From assembly GCA_035691865.1 (NCBI GenBank), contig DASSIM010000025.1:661-64660 (forward strand): 64,000 nucleotides of DNA, written 5' to 3'. Below, in pieces: positions 20,182-29,440 of the stretch (the stretch's first letter is position 1; each line of letters opens with the position of its first letter). This stretch comes from Candidatus Nitrosopolaris sp. (GTDB taxonomy: Archaea > Thermoproteota > Nitrososphaeria > Nitrososphaerales > Nitrososphaeraceae). Below the pieces are notes generated by a model that saw only the letters and a list, made by a program, of their open reading frames with translations, searched no databases and was not told the DNA's origin. The position numbers and the translations under genes were made by a program.

Positions 20182-20725
20182 TATTCAGATCATCTTTATC
20201 CTTTGACGTTGTATAAGAATCTCTAGTGACGTCTATATACGAGCCGTTTAAACGAGGATTAGTCTTGATATAATTTCTTATTTGTTCTTGTTCTGAGAAT
20301 AAAACAGGTTTATGATCATAGTCAATTCCTAACTTATCGGCACGTCTCATTATGTCCAATACAGCCATTTCAGTAGGGCCGTTAGCCGTAAATTCAAACA
20401 TCTTTTCATTACACTCTTTTGTTAAACGAAGATAAGCAACCTTCTGTTTTTCTGGTACTGTTGGATCATTGAATTTATCCCATGCCTGCGCTAAAGTCAG
20501 ACTTATGCCTTCAACGGCTCTCTGATACATGAGAACATGTGTGCCTTTAGCCATGTCATACATGTATTGCTTGCTTTTCTCAGTTAGAAAGTTGATATCG
20601 TTGTATACTACCGTTTTAGTGGTTCCTAGCGTTTTAATAATAGACTGCGGATTATGGCCTTTTAACATCATAAACCATACCTTCTCTCTTCTCTCGTTAA
20701 TGGCTGTTGCCGGTATTTTTCCCAT
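20165..20725 (-). CDS. HTH protein resembling terminase small subunits of archaeal proviruses
   Basis: N-terminal HTH (RREKVWFMMLKGHNPQSIIKTLGTTKTVVYNDINFL) followed by helical AYLRLTKECNEKMFEFTANGP; start at the internal ATG. Confidence 0.5.
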   Translation of the reverse strand: MGKIPATAINERREKVWFMMLKGHNPQSIIKTLGTTKTVVYNDINFLTEKSKQYMYDMAKGTHVLMYQRAVEGISLTLAQAWDKFNDPTVPEKQKVAYLRLTKECNEKMFEFTANGPTEMAVLDIMRRADKLGIDYDHKPVLFSEQEQIRNYIKTNPRLNGSYIDVTRDSYTTSKDKDDLNNAPPQ

Positions 20726-20823
20726 TCCGTCATTTAATAAAATAACACGCACAAAGATATACCTTTTTTCATAATAGAGCCGGTTTCATTCCGAATTAAC
20801 CATATGACGTACACCTACTATTA

Positions 20824-21240
20824 CTACTTAGTTGAATTTGTTGAATTTGCCTGTATAAAGGCCGGTGAACCAAAATCATGAACCAGAAAGTTCTCATACC
20901 TTGGGTCATTGCAATACTCAAACGTTGATGATGTTGATATTGATCTGCCACTCTCTTCAAGATATTTCTTAGCCGCAAAACACGTTTTCTTCATATCATC
21001 CAATGATTGAGCACACGTAGAGGTTACATTTACCCATGTAGGTTTTGCTTTTACGTGTGGAACTATAGCGGGTGATGTAATGGAATCATGAATATGGTAT
21101 GGAAACGGCGTGCATGCATCTAGAATGGCCATACTAGGTTGATCTCTGATAAATCTATTAGTTGCAGAAGCATAATTGAGATAAAAACTTGAAGACGCTA
21201 AGATGACGATAACAGCCATAAAAGCAGCTGGTGGGAACAT
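20824..21240 (-). CDS. Secreted/membrane-anchored hypothetical protein with four Cys
   Basis: Hydrophobic N-terminus; 138 aa. Confidence 0.6.
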   Translation of the reverse strand: MFPPAAFMAVIVILASSSFYLNYASATNRFIRDQPSMAILDACTPFPYHIHDSITSPAIVPHVKAKPTWVNVTSTCAQSLDDMKKTCFAAKKYLEESGRSISTSSTFEYCNDPRYENFLVHDFGSPAFIQANSTNSTK

Positions 21241-21325
21241 ATTAGCACATTCTTCAACCTGCAGGGTTTATCTTAGAAAGTCTGGGGAAACTAGAGTTGC
21301 AAAGATGATGGATTCACCTCCATTC

Positions 21326-21556
21326 TTATTCAGATACTAGATTTGCTCTAAATGAAAAGGGAACAGACGATATTGAAGAACCTATGATATGAGTGTAATA
21401 AAAAAACAGAAACAGCAGATTTAACCAAATCAAGATTGAATGAGAAAGTCTGATATGGTTAAACACAAGATGGTATGAAATCCAGTAAATACCCACAATC
21501 ATAAAACTTACCGCATAGATCTCAAATTGTGGAAGTAATTGCAATAGTTTTGACAT
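21326..21556 (-). pseudogene. TMEM175/DUF1211 channel-like fragment
   Basis: LLPQFEIYAVSFMIVGIYWISYHLVFNHIRLSHSILIWLNLLFL matches the family Y..SF..VG.YW..HH..F...W.N..FL pattern; the N-terminal R...FSD motif is absent. Confidence 0.7.
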
Positions 21557-21817
21557 GAATTGTTGTTCTTTTATGTGATTGATCGGTAGGTTGGAATTTG
21601 TATTGATATTGCCATAAATATAATTGAGAAAGCAAATATGGCGTCGCTAAAGGAAATTACATGCTCTAATCTTATTTTTCTTGATGAGCTATTGTTATTA
21701 CAAAAGTATTAAGCTGCGATACAAAACTCAGACTAATCCTTTTTACTTGAAGGGTATTTCTTGAATCACATCAGCTGGTGCAGCACAACCTAGTTAATCT
21801 TGTAAGACAATTCTTGA

Positions 21818-23272
21818 TTAATTTTGTTTTTTCTCATCATGAGATTTCTTGACTTCCACCAGCACTTCATTCAAATACTGTTTTATATCTTCTTCACTAA
21901 GTGATGTCACAACTCCCGTTTGTTCTGTCAGGACTTCCTGTTGTTCCTTTATAACCTTTAGAACTCTTCTTTCTATTTGTTGTTGCATGTAAGGGGTTCC
22001 AAAAACATCCATTCCAGCCTCTAATGCGGAATTCCTAATTGCTTGTCTTAAAGATCTGTCTTGGGAAATGGAGATTGCTAAAGCATAGAAGCCTATGATA
22101 AATAGGTACGAAGATAAAAGTACTGTTGAATGAGCTGCCACCCCATAAGTTGGTTCTAAGGCAGAAATACTAAGAGCTATACGAATCATTATTATGCCTA
22201 TTGCTGAGATAGCTAGGTAATCCTTTACTTTTCCTGCAGTTAAGTTCCTAGTAGCAACATAAAATGCAAGCGCAAATAGAAGAGCGCTGCCTATTGTCCC
22301 TGCTCTGTAAATAGTTCTATAGTAGAATTTGTATGGTGTATCTGCCGGTGTTGAAAATATCAAATTACTTCCTACCAGATATAAGATCAGAGGAACAGCC
22401 AATACGATCCAAAATTTGAAAGGGAATTTCTTGTCTCCACCTCTAATTGATCTATAATACTGGCGCAATAGGGTAGCAATAGCTAACCACATGAAGATGT
22501 AGGGAAGTGCTGACAGCTGGTCTAAATTGTTTTTAAGTGAGTTAGTCGAAGTGGGTGAAACCCAGAGTGTGGTAGTATATGGATTTACCACTTTATATTG
22601 AACTTCGCCATGATATTTCTTGAAAGTTTTATATATAAAGGAGGATTGAGAGGCAATCCCAGCCGGTGTTTTCTCCTGTGCTATCTTTACTAGCACCAGC
22701 TTGGTATATACATCACCTGTTATCGCTATAGCAATGGTAGCTGCTGCTAAACCGTAAAACAATATCATGAAATTCCTAGTATTTAGTCTATACCATGATA
22801 GAAATTTGAAGCTCATAATTCCCAAAATAATGCTTGCTGCAATGGCGCTAATCAAGTAGACTGAATTAGTCTGAAGTAGTGAGCTAGTGCAGAAGTTGAA
22901 ATAGCCATTACAGTTTAAGGCATTATTAGAAATGGCGAACACTAACAATCCAATGAGTGAAATCTGAACTGCAGTAATGCCCCAATGCATCACATTAACA
23001 AAGGTCGATTTGGCTCTGAGATCTTTAGTTAATCGCCTTGTATATTCTAAGAGAATCCAGGAACATACTCCATACCCAACTATCACAACCAGTATAAAGA
23101 GTATTGTTTGCGAAGCACTGCTAGGATATAAAATCTGACGTGTAGATAACAAATCAATTATAAGCAGGACGGTTAATGTTGTTGCAGTAGCAATAGCTAT
23201 TTTCCTACTGTTAGAAATGGGATTGAAAAGATTCAGACTTTTCATAAGTTTTTTTGACATTTTTCTGATCAA
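21818..23272 (-). CDS. Multi-pass membrane protein (sensor-like) with cytoplasmic C-terminal helix
   Basis: Many hydrophobic segments; C-terminus SISQDRSLRQAIR...QQQIERRVLKVIKEQQEVLTEQTGV..SLSEEDIKQYLNEVLVEV. Confidence 0.85.
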   Translation of the reverse strand: MIRKMSKKLMKSLNLFNPISNSRKIAIATATTLTVLLIIDLLSTRQILYPSSASQTILFILVVIVGYGVCSWILLEYTRRLTKDLRAKSTFVNVMHWGITAVQISLIGLLVFAISNNALNCNGYFNFCTSSLLQTNSVYLISAIAASIILGIMSFKFLSWYRLNTRNFMILFYGLAAATIAIAITGDVYTKLVLVKIAQEKTPAGIASQSSFIYKTFKKYHGEVQYKVVNPYTTTLWVSPTSTNSLKNNLDQLSALPYIFMWLAIATLLRQYYRSIRGGDKKFPFKFWIVLAVPLILYLVGSNLIFSTPADTPYKFYYRTIYRAGTIGSALLFALAFYVATRNLTAGKVKDYLAISAIGIIMIRIALSISALEPTYGVAAHSTVLLSSYLFIIGFYALAISISQDRSLRQAIRNSALEAGMDVFGTPYMQQQIERRVLKVIKEQQEVLTEQTGVVTSLSEEDIKQYLNEVLVEVKKSHDEKKQN

Positions 23273-23386
23273 TACCTTCCTCAGTTTCTACCTAATCTCG
23301 AGCATGTATTGGTAAGGTATGCGCTAAGGTTTTAAGAATTACTCCCTTATTGGGCTCCCTTCTAGGGAGATTCCGATGCTACTCCT

Positions 23387-23512
23387 TTAAGTAATAACTT
23401 TCACGAAACATGTACGGCAGAAAAGAGTACTTTTTCTACTTCTAAGTTGTAACTGTTTGGAGCTTCCTGGAGTAAAAGGAATAGCAGAAGTAGTTGTTAT
23501 TTGTGTAACCAT
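23387..23512 (-). CDS. Small CxxC peptide downstream of the integrase (not in ORF track)
   Basis: MVTQITTTSAIPFTPGSSKQLQLRSRKSTLFCRTCFVKVIT (41 aa); TTTATGA TATA-like element ~32 nt upstream. Confidence 0.3.
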   Translation of the reverse strand: MVTQITTTSAIPFTPGSSKQLQLRSRKSTLFCRTCFVKVIT

Positions 23513-23560
23513 CCGTATTCAACTTAACTTGTTCTATTGAATATCATAAATACTAAATTA

Positions 23561-25167
23561 GAGATACAATAACTAACTTCTCTTTCTTCTCACCACTTTG
23601 GCAGCCCAGGTGGCCGGTGGTTTCCACTCAGCAGCCCACATTGACTACGACTGCTGCTGCTACTACTACCAATCACTTCGTAGTAATTCCTTCTTTCAAA
23701 ATACCAGAAGAATATAGTGTTTGTGCTACTGTATTTATTTGGCCTTGTTCCGTCAGTTTAGAAAGTGTTGAAACTAGAGATTGCATTTGCTTCTCCAAGA
23801 CAGATACTCTATCTTCTTTCTGCTTCTCTGACTCGAGTGTTTCACTATAGGCGTCATACGTTAGCACCATCCTACATTTAGGACAGAATCTCGAGTCTGG
23901 TTTGTTTGGTTCGCTGCAGTTAGGACATTGCTTCGGTCTCAATGACTCTGATAACTGTTTATCCTTGGAAATTATTCCGTATGCTTCAAGTATACTATCA
24001 TTGGATTCGTTGCCAAAATAGTGTAAGTATTTTAGATGCATATTAGAACCAGGAGACCAGCCTGCAAATTGGCGGAGAGTATGTTCCTTTAGAATAGTAG
24101 ATTTTTCAGTTAGTGCACTATGCCTTCTTATATAGGGATTCCATGGTTTCTTCAATAACTCTCTAATCTTTTGCTTATCTTCTGGCGGGACGTTAGGATT
24201 GTTATTATCCAATAATCTGGGGAAAAATTTGTTTTTATAATTTTCGTATATTTTAGCGAGAGTTCTTTCATGTATAGATCTGTTGAAACTCTTACCAAAG
24301 CCACAGAACAATATGCTATTAGAATTACCTCCTTGAGGATGCTGCGAGATCCAGTCTTTTATGTACGGTATTGAATCTATAAGTGGTATATGCCTAGTTC
24401 CCGTTTTTCCGTTGACTAAAATCTCTGCGTACTGTCTCTTATCCGGTGTAAGTTTGAATACAACATCTTTTATTTTTAATTTCAAAAGTTCGTGAGGCCT
24501 TGCCGCTGAATCTCGAGACATTGCGTGGTAACATCTATCTCTAGGATTAGAACAATATTTCAAAAATAGCGAATCGTCATCAGGAGTCCATAAATCTGTA
24601 GGCTTGTAGATCGATTTCTCCTTTCTCTTAAGTCGAGGAATATTTTCAATGATAGATGGTTTTGGCCTTTTGTCCTGCTCGATATCTGGAGAGTATAACC
24701 ATTTGAAAAATCTCATTAAGTAGATTCGATATGTGTTGTATGTACCAATCCACTTGTGTAACGAGTCGATACTCTCATTTTTACGAAAACTATCAAGAAA
24801 TGACAATACGTCTTCTCTTGTTAATCCCTTGAATGGTTTACGATTGAAGAATATAGAGAATGTGCAAAGTAAGATTATAGTATTCTTCCTATAATCATCT
24901 GATGGATTAATCTCTGACTTTAGAGCTGATATATAATCACAGATGGTTAGGGCATTTTCCTTGTTAGCAGGTAATACCTTGTTATGAAGGAAGTTAAAGC
25001 AGTTAGACGATAGTCCTTCTGTAGCAGTTTCTATTTTCGTCTTTATTATGTCTGAAGGAGATGTAGTTGTAGCAGCATACGAAGTTATTTTTGGTCTAGG
25101 CAATAATTCGCTTCTTTTCATGGTTTTTACGTAATGGAACTGACTATATAAGTTAGTATTGTATTTC
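23561..25167 (-). mobile_element. Candidate single-gene tyrosine-recombinase element bounded by imperfect inverted repeats
   Basis: The left GAGATACAATAACTAACTT (23561-23579) matches the reverse complement of the right end, GAAATACAATACTAACTT (25150-25167), with one mismatch and one indel. Confidence 0.55.
23673..25121 (-). CDS. Tyrosine recombinase/integrase with C-terminal Zn ribbon and coiled coil
   Basis: SAARPHE, NGKTG, YIRRHSA, AGWS, LKYLHY catalytic-type motifs; CPNC...CPKC. Start reassigned to ATG 25121 (MKRSELL), ~24 nt downstream of TTATATAG. Confidence 0.93.
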   Translation of the reverse strand: MKRSELLPRPKITSYAATTTSPSDIIKTKIETATEGLSSNCFNFLHNKVLPANKENALTICDYISALKSEINPSDDYRKNTIILLCTFSIFFNRKPFKGLTREDVLSFLDSFRKNESIDSLHKWIGTYNTYRIYLMRFFKWLYSPDIEQDKRPKPSIIENIPRLKRKEKSIYKPTDLWTPDDDSLFLKYCSNPRDRCYHAMSRDSAARPHELLKLKIKDVVFKLTPDKRQYAEILVNGKTGTRHIPLIDSIPYIKDWISQHPQGGNSNSILFCGFGKSFNRSIHERTLAKIYENYKNKFFPRLLDNNNPNVPPEDKQKIRELLKKPWNPYIRRHSALTEKSTILKEHTLRQFAGWSPGSNMHLKYLHYFGNESNDSILEAYGIISKDKQLSESLRPKQCPNCSEPNKPDSRFCPKCRMVLTYDAYSETLESEKQKEDRVSVLEKQMQSLVSTLSKLTEQGQINTVAQTLYSSGILKEGITTK

Positions 25168-25926
25168 GTATCATTCATTAGTGAGTCCACTGTTATCACT
25201 TATACTTCAATATTTGAAACATTGTGGGCTCAATCCCAATTAAGGCATCCATTCACGAGGATGGGTTAACGATGAGATGCGTGCGGAGAAAACAGAACCG
25301 CAGCCGATTCAGTCGATGCCGGCGATCATGAAGATAGTGCTGTCTTCATGGGTTATGGGCATGCCAATGTAAATGTCCTGACTAACCGTTTGGCTAATAA
25401 CAAAAAATCAAATTCAGCCCTATCCTATAATAAAGGTGTAGAATTCTAGTTTCTAGGTGCGAACATAACGAAAACCACCGAACGATATAGACATTGAAAC
25501 ATTTTTAGTTGGAGGCGTATCGCTATTCTTTGAAACCCGCTTCTAAATAAGATATCGCTGCTGGAAACCTTGGGCCCATTTCAATCTTAGTCGTTTATTT
25601 ATGTCAACTTTGTATATTATCTTTAGAAGCATCAACGGCTCTTATTGACGAATTTCATGTATGACCTAGGTGCACCAGTGGCCGCGCAGATTAGAATAGT
25701 GGTTGATTCCTCACTAGTAGGCGAGACCATTGAACAAAGTGTCCGTAATATCGACTATAGAAAAGCCAGAGTGGCACCATACAAGCGTTCCATATTATTA
25801 TTATGGCCTCCTTGCAGGTGAGATTTATCCTGAGCAACAGATAATCATGACGGATTTATAGATAACGTAATAGTGTTACCTAAGCGTTATTAATCCTACG
25901 ACACTGTGTAGTGTGGTGATCTAAGA

Positions 25927-26382
25927 ATGGGATCCGTATCCGACATCCTGTATGCAATTTCCGATGACAAATCCTTAGTCCTTTTTAATACCATTGCTTT
26001 AGCAAGTGGAGATAGTAGTATCCTGATAAGTAGCTTGAATCTTACGCGCAAGTAGTATTATTCAAGATTATCTGATTTGATAAATGCTGGTCTGGTAAGA
26101 AGGATCAACGGCAAGTATTTTGTTACTTCATTTGGTAAAGTAGTCTATAAAGCTCAAGAATTAATTGGAATGGCTGCTCAATACTCATCGAAACTCAAGG
26201 CAATCGACTCTATTGAATCGCCGAACTTTCCAGCTACTGAACTAAGCAAAATCATTGATACCTTGATAACCAACAGAGAGATCAAAGAAATACTGATTAG
26301 CAGACAGTGGAACAACAATATTCCTGCTGAAACAGCATGTAACAAGGAGTTACTCTCTCCACTAACTAAACGCTCGATATAA
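25927..26382 (+). pseudogene. Winged-helix regulator interrupted by a nonsense codon
   Basis: MGSVSDILYAISDDKSLVLFNTIAL...LNLTRK*YYSRLSDLINAGLVRRINGKYFVTSFGK; TAG at 26053-26055, in frame with ORF 26077..26382. Confidence 0.82.
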
Positions 26383-26610
26383 TCAATAGATCTGCCTTAG
26401 CGGCATCTCTCAGTAGGACTGGGCCCGAAATGCATTACTCCTAGCACTCAGGGAGTCCTCACGCAGTAACATCATCTGATAGGCGGGCATAGTATTCCAT
26501 GCATCTCCGCTGCGCTGTTCTTAGCGTGATCATTCAATCTGTAGAGACATTACGGTTCCTTGTATAGAAACCCAAAATAAGGTTCTTTCAATACTTTCAT
26601 CTATTCACAA

Positions 26611-27228
26611 ATGGTCAAGGTAAATACAACGTGGAATATTGCAGGAGATTACTTTGAGGGATGTAACTGTGATTCAATATGTCCATGTATATTCAAGGGA
26701 GATCCTGATGAAGGTTTTTGCAATGTAACTGCTGCGTGGCATATTCAAAAAGGTAGTTATGATAAGATTAACCTTGATGGGCTAAATGTAGTAGCCCTCT
26801 TTCATACACCTGGGAATATGCTATCAGGCCCCAAATGGGATGCAGCATTGTATATTGATGAAACAGCAAATAAAGATCAAACCAATTCCCTTACTGCAAT
26901 ATACTCAGGTCAAGCAGGAGGCTTTTTTGCTGCAGCTTCCAATCTGATCGGTAAGATGTTAGGTGTGAAATCAGTTCCAATTGAATATGGTATTGATGGA
27001 AAGCGTCGTTGGCTGCGTATCAAGGATTTGTTACAACTTCAAATAGAAGGAATTGCAGGCGCAGACCCCGATCAAGAATCATTTATAGTTAATCCAGCAT
27101 TTTCTGCCGTACCTGGTTCTAATCTTGTAGTCGCACTTTCAAGCAAATATGCTTATAATGATCATGGAATGCAATCGGATAATTCTGGTAAGAATGGGTT
27201 CTATTGCAAGTTTAGCTATTCACCTTAA
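26611..27228 (+). CDS. DUF1326 domain protein
   Basis: WNIAGDYFEGCNCDSICPC...C....WHIQKG.Y..INLDGLNV...W.AALYIDE.A...Q...L..IYSGQAGG. Confidence 0.9.
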   Translation: MVKVNTTWNIAGDYFEGCNCDSICPCIFKGDPDEGFCNVTAAWHIQKGSYDKINLDGLNVVALFHTPGNMLSGPKWDAALYIDETANKDQTNSLTAIYSGQAGGFFAAASNLIGKMLGVKSVPIEYGIDGKRRWLRIKDLLQLQIEGIAGADPDQESFIVNPAFSAVPGSNLVVALSSKYAYNDHGMQSDNSGKNGFYCKFSYSP

Positions 27229-27760
27229 ATTATTTACCATCAATCTCCAAATCTTTTCGCTGTCATCCTCGTCAGTGCTATACAACCCATAGCCAGAAAA
27301 CTATCCACTTCAAGCCTGTCCTGGCGGCATGCAGAGCATAAGTAGAAATTCCTCCCTCCTGCTCTTCAACCATCATACTACATACTACAAACAGATTCTA
27401 TGGTAATGCGGACATCTAGCCGTCTTCGGAGGGTAATGACGTCACACTCTAAATTTGATAGATTCGGATACCTTTGCTAAAAACGCAGCTTTTTCGCTTC
27501 AGTTAAGTTATTGAAGGATAGAAGATATGAGACATATTATACATGCGGCCCAGTGGAACAAAGTCCCTTGAATCGTTGCCGAATGGCTGAATGGATTAAT
27601 TGCCAGAGATGCAACCCAGCGACTAATTATTCCATGTCAACACTCGTCAATTATTTTCAATGAAAATAGAGATTCCGGTATACAAAATTGGATGGTTATT
27701 AACCCTATAGGATGTCAGTTTGGAATAATCGTTATATGTGAACAACGAAGAGTCATCTTA

Positions 27761-28015
27761 ATGCAAAAAAATAGAATGTCAAAGATAGCATGTATAGCAC
27801 TTGCAGGCGTGTTAGCAGCAAGCTTCGGCACAATCGTCAAGCTGACTACTACCCCAACTGTTGCCATGGCTGCGGCGCCTGGGGGTCAAACGGGCGGAAA
27901 AATGATTTCAGGGAATATGACTGGTACTAATACGACGAATGGCATGATGCATGTGCAGATATGTTCGTCCACCTATCCTTGTGCAAATAGTACTAACACT
28001 AAAGCCAGTAAATAG
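27761..28015 (+). CDS. Small secreted protein
   Basis: Signal-like N-terminus; G/M/T-rich; C-terminal CSSTYPC. Confidence 0.55.
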   Translation: MQKNRMSKIACIALAGVLAASFGTIVKLTTTPTVAMAAAPGGQTGGKMISGNMTGTNTTNGMMHVQICSSTYPCANSTNTKASK

Positions 28016-28538
28016 TAGCTCGACGGGTTCGAATTTAATGCTAGACGGGAGTGTATCCAACTGAGTCACACTACTATTGGAGATGACCCTCGTTAATAGT
28101 TAGATCTCTAATGCTCTTTCTGGTCGAAATTGAACTGCAGACGATTCGAAACTACACCCTAGGTGTTGCACGCATTGAAAATGTTGAACATCCTGAACAG
28201 GTATATCGAGCTTCCCGAGAATTGCTCCAGTTGAGCCAAAGATATTTTCTTCTCGTTCAGAGCCTGATGAAGCTGGCTTTTGCTCTGATTAGCTTGCTTC
28301 TTAGGTAGTCTTCTTTTGAATAGCTGTGAAAGCTGGATAGATCCAGTTAACCTTCATCATAAATAATTGGTACAATTTTTAACTCCTTTGCATATAATTG
28401 CAGAAGTCGCAACACATGTTCACATAATCACTATTGCGTGTGTGTGTGCTATCGAAATCAGATAATATCGTTACTATTGTACCGCAAGAGAGATTATATT
28501 TTGGTTTTTGGGGAGTGTTAACCAGTAATAAGTTAAGA

Positions 28539-28916
28539 ATGACCACACAACGCTCATATCGGGAGAGGATTTATATCGTCAAAGATATAATCCTCAAACT
28601 GGTTCAATACGGGGAATTGAATCAGACAGCCTTAATAAGTTGCTGTGGATTGAATTTTAAAAAACATTCACCGATTCTCGACAAACTAGAGATAAAGGGA
28701 TCAATAAGCAAAGCTCAAAAAGAAGTCGGAAAAAGAATAGTCACGGCATATAAACCAACTCAAAAAGGAATAGAATTTTCTAGGCACATTTTGGAGCCTT
28801 ATGAAATAATGTTTCCACGCTCAGACACATTACCGACAGACAATTTGGGATTCCTGCTAATCTCGATGACTCAGACTCTTATGCAATGTTTCTGTCTAGT
28901 TCTTTTTTTGGTTTAA
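28539..28916 (+). CDS. Winged helix-turn-helix regulator (HTH_45-like)
   Basis: YRERIYIVKDIILKLVQYGELNQTALISCCGLN...ILDKLE..G...YKPTQKGIEF. Confidence 0.8.
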   Translation: MTTQRSYRERIYIVKDIILKLVQYGELNQTALISCCGLNFKKHSPILDKLEIKGSISKAQKEVGKRIVTAYKPTQKGIEFSRHILEPYEIMFPRSDTLPTDNLGFLLISMTQTLMQCFCLVLFLV

Positions 28917-29440
28917 TAGACGGTACACTTGTCCCAAGAATCAATTGAGCGATATCGTTTGATTCCCCCTACCAGACAACATTTTCCCGAATTATCCAGC
29001 AATGTGTCCAGATTATGCATAAATTTCAGCCTTTTCACTAACATGGCGGCACCTGCTAGCACTTTACTATAGTACATAAATTGCCAGAAAAGATTGGTGC
29101 AATGGTGATCAATTCGTGCCGGAAGTCAGTAGATCTACCATAAATGAATTTGACGACTTGTGAGACATGATTCGATTGTCGTTAATTATTTGAACTCTAT
29201 ATTCTGTCCTCGTCGCAGGTTAGAACTTCGGACTTCATAAGCGGGTATTTATTTTTAACTCATTTTTGATGCATAGGATTACAATAGCGCCTGACCCAAT
29301 TTGCTACAAGTTATAATGGTGTCATTATTGGAAAAACCAAATCCCCATATATATGACTGCTGAGAAATTCTTATACTAAATTCATAGCGGAGACGGGTTC
29401 TTAAGTCCTTTATATTATGCTTCACACTAACCGATCTAGC

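Noticed and set aside
25122-25199. N-terminal extension of integrase 2 in the ORF track
   Set aside because: It spans the TATA box and end motif conserved with integrase 1, so the ATG at 25121 is the better start.
929-26055. Amber recoding (pyrrolysine or readthrough) suggested by in-frame TAGs in integrase 1 (929), the ~7050 fragment and the wHTH gene (26053)
   Set aside because: Each is one substitution from a sense codon (AAG or CAG). Two of the three genes also carry frameshifts, many intact genes here end in TAG, and no pyl genes are visible.
26403-26433. Hammerhead-ribozyme-like GCATC...CTCAGTA...GAAATGC
   Set aside because: The core deviates from CUGANGA at two invariant positions and there is no room for stem I.
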